NCBI GenBank assembly: GCA_046563655.1
Contig: CM102290.1
Location: 10,540,001-10,604,000, forward strand
Reading direction: 5' to 3'
Origin: Yuukianura sp. NJ FZ-2021
Lineage: Eukaryota
Length of the DNA: 64,000 nucleotides
Shown: positions 39,401-51,900 of the stretch, piece by piece
Position numbering within the stretch: position 1 is the stretch's first letter
Layout of the letters: the number at the start of each line of letters is the position of its first letter
Notes under the pieces: model-generated
Told to the model about the DNA's origin: nothing
What the model saw: the letters and a program-made list of their open reading frames with translations, nothing else
Database searches by the model: none
Translations under genes and position numbers: made by a program

Positions 39401-42400
39401 CGTCTTGGGAAGATTTTCTAGGATTTTGTTAACTGTCTGAGCTTGCCACTTGTACGTTTCACGGAGTCTCAGCATCTGATGACTACTGAATTTCCCCACG
39501 CGGTTGCGCTGAAAAACATAGTTTTCACGAACTTTACAAAGTTGCTGTGTCGAGTAGGTAGAGACACGACGAATCTAGAAAAAAAAATTATATTCAGTGT
39601 TAGGAAGTTTGAAGTTTAGAGTTTTGATTGGAATTTTATTATTTTTTTGTTTTCCTAACCTGGTCGTGGTACTGGTCTCGAACCGTTTGTAGTTGCTGGG
39701 CTCCGTAATCTCGGATATCTGACAAGTTTTTTGTTTGGATAGTGTAGCTCTCTCGAATGCGTTCCACTTGGTACATGCAGTTGTCCTTGACTCGTTTTAC
39801 CTATTCGGAATACAAAATTGAATTTCAAAAAGAAAGTATTCAAGTATAACTGGTTATATTTTTTGTCTGCGTTGATGAAGTACAGAAGTTTAAAAAATTC
39901 ACTACGTACCTGCTGGTTGTAGTTATCACGAAGCCACTCTAATTGAGAGTTTTTATGCTGCTCCATGTTCTCAAAGAATCTTCTAATTCGACGCGTTTTG
40001 TAGGGGGCGGTGATGTTGGGACAATCAATTCCGTTCCTGCGTATGAAAAAAGTGATTAGTAATTCGACAAGGTTGTGTTTTAGTACTATGAGTTTTTGCT
40101 TACTTATTAAGTACAAATCGTATGAGCTGAATCGATAGAACTGTCATGAGAAATGCAAGGCTCGTGAGCCATCCGATGACAATACTTGCGAGTTTTACAT
40201 CCAGAAAAATGGAGGTATCGACTCCGAGGTGGATAAAGTGGGTGATGTTCAAGTCTGGATACTCTGCTACGCATGTGTAGAGTCCAAATGCATCGGTTGT
40301 TAGATTAGAAATGTGGAGATCTCCGTTACTAAGAACGCGGTGATAGGAACTGTAACTGTCGGATAACACTTCGTCAGAACCACTGTGATGTGAGTTACTG
40401 TGGAGAGTAGGGCCATTCCGTGGAAGTGACCAGTAAACCCTGGGATACCCCTTTTTCTGTGGGTGACACTTGAGAGTCTTACTGCTCCCTTGGACTCCGT
40501 AGTACTTGCGCGGAGTTCTCGCAGTTATGTCTCGGTTGGTACAGTTGAACTTATTGAGGTAGCTGGCAATAGGTTCTCGGTCACTGCATAGAACTTCTGC
40601 ACTCAGATCAGTATCGTTGGATAACGCCGACGTTTGGAACCAATGGATCACCCAGCGGTCAAAACATGAGCATGACCAGCGATTACCAGTCAAGTATACC
40701 CGTTTTAAGTGGCGCAGATGAGCTAACGACTCTGGAATCACCAGCATTTGGTTGTCTCGCAAGTCCAAAGTCTCTACCCGCTCCAAAGTATCGAGCAACT
40801 TATCCATTTCAGTAAGAGATCGAGTGGCAGTCGTGGAGTCTATGAAACTGTCATGGGCCCAGGTTTGGCGCATGAGCAAAACTCTCAGTTCGACGTTATC
40901 CTCAAAGTATGGTTCGAAGATCTGTAGAAGTTGATTTCGGCTGAGGTCGAGGGAGTGTAGGGAGATCAACGGCGTAAAAACTTCTGCATCGGCATACTTG
41001 ATTCTGTTGTGACTCACGTTGAGCTTTTTGAGTGCCGTGAGTCCAACGAATACTTGTTCCTGTAAGTGCTCCAGATGATTTTGTGAGAGGTCGAGGAACG
41101 TCAGTTTTGGAAGTTCGCGAAATAAGCCCCATGGAAGAGTAGAGATAGTGTTACAGGATAGGTCAAGACTCTGGAGAGTTAATCCTAGACGAGACACGTC
41201 GATTACGTCTAGGCTGGAACTGGACAAGGAAGAGTTGAGCACGGAGAGGTGGATGACATGGGGTAGGGCTGAAACGAGTAGATCTGTCAGCTGATTTGAA
41301 GAACTATTGCAAATACTAAGGCTGTCGAGGTAGAGACGACTGAAGTGGGACGACGACATAACGTCACCATAGGGGTCGGGAATGGCCGCCCTCGGGTGAA
41401 GATCGACATTGCAAAGTCGGAGTTTCCGAAGAGTCGTTGCCGAAGTTCGGAACGTGTCCCAGGTGACGAAGGCGCCAAGGTCTATACTGACATGGTGTAA
41501 GTTGAGTTCATGCAGTTTGGAATTGTTAAAGTTGGTCAGTAGTGTTAGGGATTTTAAAGTATGGTGGTCGAGTGTGACGTGGTTAAGACCAAGGCGGGAA
41601 ACTCCGTTGGTCAAAGGAATTTGACGTTGCTGAGGTGCTGGAGTTGTTGTGGGTTTCCGACAGCTTATTTTCAAATGCTGCTGTGGGGAGTCGTAGTGAC
41701 AGGAACATAAATTAGGACAGTCGTAATAGTCGATGGTTAGGTTGACAGTTTGGATAGGGAATCCAGTAGGGTGACTAGAGACATTGTATTGAGATGTTTC
41801 TGCTGAAGTGGGTTCGGATGTGCCAGAAATGATTTCAGTAACAGAATTGTTGGGTGCTATTAGTAGTAGCAGAGTGATCTTGACCAGGTTTTGATGGCGA
41901 CTTGCCCAATAGTGGAGTCGTGACCTTGGTGACGATGGAATCGCCATCCGACGACGGTCTAGTTAGAATTGGATTGAAGCTGGATACTACTAGTAACTAG
42001 TCGAACTCCCAAGGTCCTTTGTGATTGATTTGATGCATCCCAGGATACAACTCGAGACAATCTGTGAATTTCAATTAGGTTGAAATTAGCACAATTTTGT
42101 ACTATTGGGTTATTGGGTACTACTGGTTTATGGTGTGGTAGTGAAGTTACGTTAGGCAGTAAGTTATGTTGTTAAAGTTATGGTAATCAATTCCATTGGG
42201 TTTTGACGAAGGTGATGGTTTAGGGTCTAAGCGGTACCGAAATCTAGTTTGCCACTTTTAGTTCTCGTATTCAAAAGTGCAAAAAGTTGATGGTATCGGG
42301 CTCACTTATGTAGATGTAACTCTGACGCTGAATGTGAACTTGTGAGTTGTTTTTGGCTTTTGGCAGTGGATGATGATTTGAAAAACGACAAGTTTTTGCT

Positions 42401-45351
42401 TTTTGGGAAAATGTTTTTAAAAAAAAAACTAGTTCTAACTTATTTGCGATCGGTGCAATCTTTTCTGCAATACAGAGATAGCTTTTAGAGAATGATTGAG
42501 CGTTTGAGTGGATTTAACTTCTGGAGGTTTGATTTTGATATTTGGTTTTAGAAATGTAGCTAAACTTGTCTTAATCTGTGTCTGTACTGGCGTTGATAAG
42601 TGACAAGTCGGATGTACATCAATTCCAATTCCGTTTTTTTGTAGAATGCAAACACACTTGAAACTATCAACTGCACTAAATTTTTAGCTTGTGGTTCTTC
42701 TTGGTCTCAATGGAATTTGGACACGGTTCAATTTTACGACACAGAGCACCATGTTTGCCCTTCGTGATGGAAACGAAATTGGGCTCTCTTTTGACTTGCT
42801 TTTTAAGATTGAAGCGTGTTGGTGTCCCTGAAGAGTGACAATGACGAGTTAAGTATGGCAGTCTGGTGGTTAGCCTATGTTGTTCACTCTTGGTATTCGT
42901 TTAGGGTTAAGTGAAAATGGAAAATTAATTTAGGTTATGATAATGGAAAGTAAAGTTATCAAGATCACAGGACCGAACTGACCTTACCGAGACCTTTAAC
43001 GGAGCTATTTTTTTTATAAATTAGGAACCGAATTCACGGATTGAAATTAAGTTAGGCTAAGCTAAACTGACTCGGAACTTAAGCTAAGCCGAATTGGAGT
43101 TACTATTATCTGGAACGGATCTTATGACTTCAAGACCGTGTGAATTTAGCAATTACTGTTCGACGATGATGGTGATTTTCGTCACAGATTGCTTAATCTA
43201 TCCTGTTATAAACCGCTAATGAATATGGATGGTCTATTCTTTGCATTCCTTGCTGTATCACCTCTTTTGCAAAAGAGAAAGGGAGCAAGATGTGCGATGT
43301 GACGAATTGCGCAATTCCGAGAATTAATTTATTTAACAACAAAGAGTGTCACTGTGTGTCTAAATTTACAAACGGAGTGTCTAAACACGAGTTATGTAAT
43401 TTAATGGGTGTAATTCATTCACAGCCAGTAGCAAGCGTTGCGCTAAACATAATCGAACGCTGATAGGGCTATCTTAGTTTAGTTTGTGGTTAGTTAAGGT
43501 TAGTACCAACGCCACGCAGTTTATGTTTTTGTGTGTGGTTTTTGTAAGACGTACTAAGAGGCGTATTCAAGTATTAGAGAAATTTTGAATTGAATTCGAG
43601 TAATAGTGAAGTACCTTACCAGTTGAGGTCATGCAAAGGTTACGGAGATGAACCAAAGTGGAAAGAGTCTAGATAATGGAGAGGTCAACAGGAAATTTCA
43701 TGTCGATGTCAACACTTTTACTGCTGCAAGCGGAAAAAATTCCTGAGAGTTATGTTGTAAACTCTGCGGCAGAATGTTATGGTAGTTGAACGTTGAACCA
43801 TGAGAGGTGAAGGCTAATGGACCAATTCTTCCTGTTTTCTGGTAAAAACTGTTTGGACTGCGGTCTGGTCGAAGGAAGAGGTTGAACGGGTCTAGTCGTA
43901 GCCTTTATGTGCAGAAGGTGTTCAACACAATGGTCGATATCTCCTACCGAGAGGTTTTTGACAGGGAGAGTTGTCTGATCTCTCTGCGTTTGCACCACTT
44001 CCCACTCGAAAAGTTTTTTGGAAAAGCCTAAGCTATGCTTAAGCTAAGCTAGATATAATCCTGACTTACTAGACTGGGCCCCTTTATTGAATGGGAAGCA
44101 ACTCGGTTTTCTATTTGCTCCATGTTGCCGCCATGCGAGAGGCCTTGCAATTTGATTTCTCGTGCGCGAAACGTCGAGGACTTTTGGCGGAGGACCCAAG
44201 GTCAAGGAAATGACATTACATGGTGGTTGATGAAGGAAATGGAATGGGTTTGAACAGAAAGTTCTTAAAAGAGCATCATTTGGCGTCAAAGCGAGCTCAG
44301 ACTGGGACAAAAGAGAAAAGATGTTACTAATGAGCGTTTGATTTGGTTTATTTCAGTGCAAGAACTTCATAAGCGCTGGAGCGGAACATGGAATCACTCC
44401 TGGAGATGTCATCCAGACGTCAGACATTACGTTTTCGTGCGTGTCGGACCCTGTTGCAGCCAAAGAAGTATGTTGGCTAGCAGTTCTAGTTTGTATTTTG
44501 TCGGTTTTTAAATTGAAAATGACAAAGGCATGTTGCTTTTTCAGATGGTGTTTGGAAATTGTGGAGTACTTCAAGAAATTACGGCTGCGAAGGGCTACGT
44601 AGAAATGACGGGGACCGATGCAGAGACCTCTATGGATGTGGCAGAAGCTATTGGGACGAAGGGCGGTCGATACTTGGAAGCACAAATCCAAGGAAGCAAG
44701 CTGGAGGCGGAAAATGGAACGCTGGTCATCCTGGCTGCTGGTGACCGTGACCTTTACGAAGATTGTCAGTCCGCCTTCCAGGCCATGGGCAAACACTCCT
44801 TCTACTTGGGTAAGTTTTCAGTTCTAGTAAAACTATGTCTAGACTTTAAAAAAATAATAGTTATCTAATTTCTGTTTGTTTGTATAGGTGATGTGGGAAA
44901 TGCATCCAAAATGAACATGGTGATGCAGTTGCTACAAGGCGTTGGGATGGCTACATTGGCAGAAGGAATGGCTCTGGCAGATCGAGCTGGATTGCAACAA
45001 CGTGACGTTATGGAGATCCTAGCTCTGACGAGCATGGCCTGTCCACTGTTTTTGGAAAAAGGAAATGGTACTTGTTTTTCAAAACAAAAAAGTGAACTTT
45101 GAATGTTGGCGGTTATTTTTGGAACTTTAACAACATTGTGATTTTTTGTAGGTATCATCGAAGGAACGTTTCCAACCCATCAACCGTTGCAGCATATGCA
45201 GAAGGACTTAAATTTGGCTCTTGGGATGGGACATCTTCTAGAACAGCCACTTCCTCTAGCTGCTTCAGCGAATGAAATATTTAAACATGCAAAACGCCTT
45301 GGCTATGGAGAGCATGATATGGCGGCAGTATACATTCGAGCTAGATTTTAG
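36444..45351 (+). CDS. GLYR1: Cytokine-like nuclear factor N-PAC / GLYR1 / NP60 (PWWP + AT-hook + beta-hydroxyacid dehydrogenase-like domain); 9 exons, 528 aa
   Basis: Exons 36444-36478, 37016-37052, 37139-37474, 37578-37826, 38301-38474, 44357-44467, 44545-44809, 44888-45067 and 45152-45351 (1587 nt, GT-AG, in frame). PWWP domain [36 protein letters not shown]-hook-like RRGRKP; Rossmann motif [31 protein letters not shown]-terminus [19 protein letters not shown]. Confidence 0.96.
39050..41947 (-). CDS. LRR + Ig single-pass membrane protein (IGLR-2 / Drosophila CG16974-like), nested antisense in GLYR1 intron 5; 4 exons, 878 aa
   Basis: Exons 40104-41947, 39910-40036, 39660-39800 and 39050-39574 (2637 nt, in frame). 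Hydrophobic N-terminal segment, LRRNT CPNLCSC, multiple LxxLDLSxN repeats, [13 protein letters not shown], Ig domain ([22 protein letters not shown]), TM segment [22 protein letters not shown], and a cytoplasmic region containing [41 protein letters not shown]. The orthology call is from recall of the family, not a search. Confidence 0.92.
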
Positions 45352-45814
45352 CTTGGAGTTGCCTAGGAATTCCTCAAATGTACACACACTTACACACCAA
45401 AATCAATCTCCAGAAACATCTAAAACATACACTTCAGTTCAATTCCTGCTTCTTTCTGTTGAGCATTTCCTCCTTCCTTTCCGCTTCCTTTCGACCGACG
45501 GGTACGGACAAAAGTAGAGCGGGTGGCGGGAAATACTGGACGGAAATTGCACAATCATTGGCGTCTTTTGCTTTATATATCTTTACACATGAACATCTTC
45601 TACATCCCAAGATTCACAAATTGGAGTGATCCTAAATATTCTACAAGATCAACTACAATTATCATATGCTAGTTAGCCTAACAATTGGAGTTATCACACT
45701 ATAATTTTAATTATGTTCTAGAGAATTTTTATTCTAATTATGTAATTTTTCTTACTAATGTTATATTTACTAATTATTAGTCTTTTCCTTCTTCCTCCTT
45801 AATTTAGCATGCGA

Positions 45815-45920
45815 ATGTTCTAAAGTTTCAAAAAAAGTTGTTCTACTTTATGTTCTAAACTTTCAAAAAAAAATGTCATAATCTTATGTTCTAAAATTTA
45901 AGAAAGTACTGTTCTACTAA
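45815..45920. repeat. Short tandem repeat (about 35 bp x 3) in the probable GLYR1 3' UTR
   Basis: ATGTTCTAAA(G/C/A)TTT recurs at 45815, 45850 and 45886. Confidence 0.7.
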
Positions 45921-47181
45921 TCCATGATTTTATTTCAGGAAATCGATGTCCGTGGAAAAAAAAATTACCAGAATGGGGTTGAAATTGCCGCTTCTGGTGA
46001 TTTTTTTTTTAATTTTTGGAAGCTACAAGCTTTCATAACCTAAAAGGTAAAACCCGGGAATTTGTTTAATGGTGGCAATTTTTGTCCAGTTGCGCTCTGA
46101 GGTATTTTTAAACACGCGTTTCTGCTCCTCGAAATGGTTAGTTTGAGGGACATTAGAGAAAAGTCAAGCCACAAATTGGCAATACGTTCAAACAGGTTAA
46201 ATTCAAAATCAAGACACTAATCTGGACATCGTTTTAAATTTTAAAATTTCTACTTTAGTTAAAAAATTTACACCTTTCGGTTCTCAGCTAAGGAGTGCTT
46301 CTAAGGGCTTGGAAACAATCGTGTACCTCAAATTCCTATTCAGTATCAAGCGTAATGCACGATTGGCGCGAAATACAGAATTTTTGCGAATTTTTTTTCC
46401 GCAGAAAACTTTGTTATGGCATTTTAACAACGTACACTGAACAGAGATCGGTTTTCCGAAAATATCCGATTTTCCCTCATCCTCTCCTGCGTTCCTTTTC
46501 CCTTTCTTTTTAAAAAACAAATTCAAAAATTGTGAAAAGTTTCAAATGTTCATGTTTTTAGTTTAAATATAATTTTATATTATATATAGTTTTTATTTGT
46601 TCAAGTTAACTGATTATCTTTAACTAATATTAATGTGAAGGATGGGTATACACTATAAGTTTAAATTTTTTGAAGAGATAGTTTTAGTGGGCTAGTGCTA
46701 AAAGTTATGGCTTACATAAGTTTTGCTTGGGAAGTTGTTACTTAAATATTTTGAAAGGTCAATAGGTCAATAAGGTCAATGTGATGAACGCATGCGTGAG
46801 GTTTCTTTTTCTGGAGACCTTCAGTGGTATCCCTCTGTGGCAATTTTGTGAACGAAGAATGTTTTGTGAATGGGTGATTTGTTAAACAAATTTTGTATAA
46901 TATTGTTACTTGATCGAGTTAAAAATTTTTATTAGATTTGAATCTATCTAACTCTGGCTCTCGGATATAGAAGAGTCTAAACATTGGGGAAGAGGACTCA
47001 ATAAACAATTTTAGAAATTGAAACTTTGAAAGTCCGGATGTTTAAAAATCATTCAAAATCCTAAAAGTAGTTTTGGATGAATCTAATTAATTAATGCCCG
47101 TTTTGAAATTTTAGGACTTTTGATTGGATCTAACAACGCATAGTTCTCCAAAGTTTTCGAAGGTAACAAAAATTTAAACTG

Positions 47182-47213
47182 AAACCCATATTTAAAAATT
47201 TAAATATGGGTTT
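47182..47213. repeat. Perfect 15-bp inverted repeat with a 2-nt loop
   Basis: AAACCCATATTTAAA-AA-TTTAAATATGGGTTT. Confidence 0.85.
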
Positions 47214-47460
47214 AAAATTTACAAAATTTTTGATGAGAAATGAATGTTTTTAGTGTTTCAGATTAGCAAGTTTGGAAAGAATCTAACGGGCTTAGATGAA
47301 TGAAACGAAACTAACAAATGAATGAACGAAATACCAGGGCCTTAATCCTCCATGGTACTGATGAAGGTAATTTTGAAAAATATAATTTATTTGGAATCAT
47401 TTCAAAATTTTGATATGAATGAGTAAGTGAATTGTCAATTCTTTTATAAAAATTCCTCTT

Positions 47461-48988
47461 TCAGACTCGTTTCTTAATCTTACCTGCTACGCGGGTGGAG
47501 CCAATGAGCCTCGTGTCGTATTTCAAGATAGCTGCGAAGATCCCAATATTTTGTTGGATCGTGAGTGAAGTCAAGGCTGGAAACTGTTCTCGTACCATTG
47601 GATGTGGTTGGATTTCGTTCAACTCCCAATACCTCAACTTCACATCTAGCCACGTCAGTTTCGGTAGAACCGGAAACACCAGCACACGCCTGTTTCGGGA
47701 TGGATAGTTCTTGAGCCGAAGAATCAGCGTCTCCAGTGTATCTGCTTGGATTGCCAAAAAGCGGTTGACCTCGTTGAGCAAAGAATCCGTTGGGGAATTG
47801 AGAGACAAATGGAGATTCCGAATGTTGTGGAAACCGGACATGCTCAACTCCCGGAAAAAGTTGAAATGGTTACGGGAAAACGGAAGTGCTCCAGTGCCAG
47901 TGAGGCTGAGGGAATGGAAGGAAAGAGCGGGAGGATTTTTGAAGCGGTTCAAAATCTCTGGAACTCTGATAAGATTGGCCGAATGAAACCGAGGAAGGAG
48001 AATGACGTGTCGGAGGTTCGGAGATCTCTCGAGGATGGACGTGGACAAGAGCGTGAGGGATCTTATGGTGCTGAAAGGCAGCGGAGTAGTTCCGGGAGCT
48101 TCTTCCCATCTGAAATAAGCAAGATTCGGAAACAAGTTTGGAAGCGACATCAGATCTTCAGGGGTCAAGCGAGTTTCGGCAGCACCAGCGTTGAATTCAA
48201 GGCACAAAGTCTCGATATACGGAAACTTTGACAAAACCTGAAGAGCTTTCAGCTTTCCGTTGTTCCACTCCTGGAAGGCCATGGCACCTTCAAAAAATTC
48301 AAAATTTAGTATTTGGCTGCGCATGTGCTGAAGACAATTGAAGATGAAGAATGAAGCACTGAAATCAGCACTATATACACGGAAACAAAACGAAGATTCA
48401 AGCACAGAAAGCTGAGTACAACAACGCGACATATGAGACATGTGAAGCAACTTTAAGAGTGAAGCATAGAAACTGCTCATGTGCAACTGAACCAAATTGA
48501 AGATTCGCAAACCTCTGAAGTTGTGTGCGTAGTAACGCCATTGCGGACTTGCTGTCAAATTTATCGTAAGGTTTCGCACCTTTCCTTTCATTGCATTGCA
48601 AAAGTATGCGAGGCCCTCAAATGAAATTTTGGAAACGTCGAGACTAAAAGCGGCAAACGGAATTTGTGTATCCAGGCGGTTGTCAATTGTGCGAAGGAAG
48701 AGGGACATTTGATGACCACTGTCGATTTTACGCATTGCACTTCCACGCTTGTGCAAAATGGAGCATCCGATGTGGTTCGTCATTTTGTTCAAACTGCGTA
48801 AGTTCCTGACGTCCTTGGATGGCAACGCGTCCATAATCTTGCCAACAATCTTCAGAAATAAAGGTAAGTATAATTATTTTTATTAATTAACTAATTGGCA
48901 ACTACTTGGCAATATATTTCCTTACCAAGTGATTGTTGAAAACGCGATTCCCAGAATCGTTACGGCACTTACTCTCGTTGTTGCCCAT
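47461..48988 (-). CDS. Putative F-box-like / degenerate LRR (RNI-like) protein with an N-myristoylation motif; 2 exons, about 483 aa
   Basis: 457-codon ORF at 47461-48834, extended to 48849 (AAG acceptor) and joined in phase 0 to exon 48926-48988 (donor GTAAG). This gives MGNNESKCRNDSGNRVFNNHL|IVGKIMDALPSKDVRNLRSLNK, which resembles an F-box. LxxL-type repeats follow (FPYIETLCL, FPNLAYF, PNLRHVIL, LETLILRL, LPKLTWLDV, FPALTSLTI). Confidence 0.75.
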
Positions 48989-51900
48989 TTTTTTCTTGGA
49001 ACCTCAGAGGTTAATTTCTGATGTTGTTTTTCTGAAAATTCAAGCAGTGAATGAATAAGTGTTTTCGTACTTTTTACGTTTTTTTTTTGTTTACAAACCA
49101 TTCTCAAAATGCTACATTTCTTCTCAGCAGTTTTCCAATTTCCAAAAAAGCCAAAAATTTTGAACATTTCAAAATCTCAAAAATTTCACTCGTTAAAAAA
49201 TTTAGCGGTGTTAGTGTATTTCAAAAACTAAGAATTATTAAAAAACTTAACAATTCAATGAATGACTCATAGTTAACCCAAAATTCACTTGAATCCAAAA
49301 ATCAAAAATCCAAACAACAAAACAGTACTAAAGCCAATTTCAAAGCTACAAAATCTTTTAGGTTTAACTGGCCCATTAGGTTAATAACTTTTCTGGCCCA
49401 TTAGTTTAGATTTTGGCTTGAATGTAATTCAGGTTAGCAAGGTTAGGTTTTTGACAAAAGCATTGTTTAGAAGTTGATCTTTGTCTTCGGATTTGGTTTG
49501 ATGAAGTAAACCCTCGGGGTTTTCTCATGCTCGAGACTTCATCGGTTATGTTATGCTATTTTTACAAAGTGAAATGTTAGGTTAGGATGTAAAGCGGTAA
49601 GAAAAGTATTTGATCTGGATTGTGATGAAGTGAGAGATCGGTTGAGGCCCCTGGAGTGGTCCTACTGAGCAGGGAGGAAAGAGGCCGGGAGGGGAGGGCA
49701 AGGGAGTTGACGAGGGTCACGGGGAGGTCACAGCGGTTGGTCCAAGACAAAGACTCTCAGGTGAGGTTTTGTTCTTGACTCCTTAGTCCAGGCATAACCT
49801 TAAGTCATTGTTCTCTAACTCAATCTTAATGTTATGAAGGTTTTGGCCCTGGGAACTTGGGGTAAAGGGACCCCCTGACCCCTTCCGAGGGCCTAAACTG
49901 CGTAATCGGACTCTCTTGCGTGTCTGGCTGTGGCCAGGAATTTGTCTCTTGAAGCTGTTGCCCTTTGACCCCTTGCTGAACTTAAAGAAAGTACGGAGCC
50001 CCATGCTGAGTCTTACAAAACGCTCCTGTTCCCACAACTTTCTCTTGATCATGGGAACAAAGTCGAGGTACAAAAGCCAGACGAGAAAACTGTTGCATTT
50101 CAACCCGTTTTTTGAAAAGTTAAAAAATCTTCAAACCCCAAAATTTTTTTCGGTTGTTACCAAAATTGGAACTGTAATCTTGAAAGTTTTTAAAGTTGTT
50201 ATTTAAATTCAAAAGTGTGTTGAGCAGGCGCAAAGTCGTTGTTGGTTTAGGTATTGCTTTTTAATTGACGGGGGTTCCTTTTAGATTTTAAGTGGGAATC
50301 AGTTTAGCGGAAGAATTTAATCAGTATTGTAAAAAAGACTTCAGTTTTGACTATAAGAACAGCACAAGGACTTTGGAAGATTCTACGCGGATTCAAAATC
50401 TCTCGCTAATTGGGAATCAGCGTTTACTATTCAAAATCTGCCGGATTCTCAGTGTCCGCTGAAATTTCGCGTCCGAAAATTCAGTGGAATCGAGTCCCTC
50501 TTCTTTGAACGACAAGGAAGTAAGGAGACTTTGGTAGTGAAAGTAGCGGGGAGAGGGGGGACTTTGAGAATTACTTCTGCCTCGTCTCCTTCTTTCAAAA
50601 CCGAAAATTCTCCTTATTCGAAATCTCTCCACATGAAATCAACGTTTTAGAATTTCGAACCGCAATTGCACAGGAGGACTCTTTTTGAAAAGCGATTGAA
50701 ATTGAGCAGGTTAGTGGCACTAATTCGCCACCCTCGGAGTTATACTAAACTTACCCGCTTCACTTTAAGTGTGTTTTTGAATGAAAAATGATTTTTGAAA
50801 ATAAGACGTACTTTTGCTTAAACGTTGGACGAAGAGAAAAGAAACGCTTGGTTGTTCCTTCAAACGCTGACGGTGACACGCTGAGCAAAGTAGGACCAGA
50901 AGCTTGGTCAAAAGTGTATTTTTGAACAGAAGCGCTCACGCGTTCTCGAAATGCCAATTCAAAAAACAATGACTTTTAGACAAACAAAATTTTTATTCAA
51001 GTTCGAAGAATTGAACAAAAGTCGGTTAGTAGATTCTTATGTCCGTACACGCGGAGGCCTGCAGGAAGGTAGTGATAGGTCATCGTAGGTCCATCGATCC
51101 GGAGAATTCGGGAATCTAATTACCCATTGTTTTCCTTCAGTGAATTCTAAAGTGTCGTCTTTACTCTGGAAAAGAAAACAATTCAATTCTGGTGTGCATT
51201 AAGTGTTAATTGCTTTACCAGGTTTATGCATTAATTTTTTTAATTTTATGAACATGATACCATTTACTATGTAAAGTAACCAACAAGGAATTTGTCAATA
51301 ACAGAAAAAAATATGTTTACTAATAACGTAAAGCGAGACGAATATTGAGTTTAATAACGTCGGATTTGATTTCAGATTGTGATTCTCAAATTTTTCAGAA
51401 TTTCAGAATTAAGAAATCACATAATCTATTTCAAACCTTTGCCTGCATTTTAATTTGTTACTGAACAACTTAACTTTTTTTGCACAAAAATTTAATGGCA
51501 GCAACTATCTAAGTTGTTGTAAAGTCATCCAAATTTAAAAAAAAATCCAAAGTCGAGGTTTTTCATTGGTTGAGATTTAAAGCTCATTTAACTTCATACC
51601 ACTTGTGACCAATGTTGACGTAGTGAGGTCATTCCGTTTTTGAGAAATGTCAAAAAGAAAGTTGATTCTTTGTTGAAATTTTAAAGGTCATTGCGCCTGG
51701 TGAAAATTTTGAATGTTGCATTACGACTGATAATGCGGTGGCAGTCATTTAAAATTTTGAGAAATCTTAAACTTTTATTTGTTCATTGGTTGAAATTTCA
51801 GATGTTCTTTATCCTTTTGGCCACTTTATCGTTAACGTTAGCCTAGATGAAGGTGATTTTATTGGTGAATGAAAGTCTAAACTGAGGTCAACGATTTGTA

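Noticed and set aside
47495..48231. Plus-strand ORFs antisense to the F-box-like gene
   Set aside because: They are antisense shadows with no recognisable domain.
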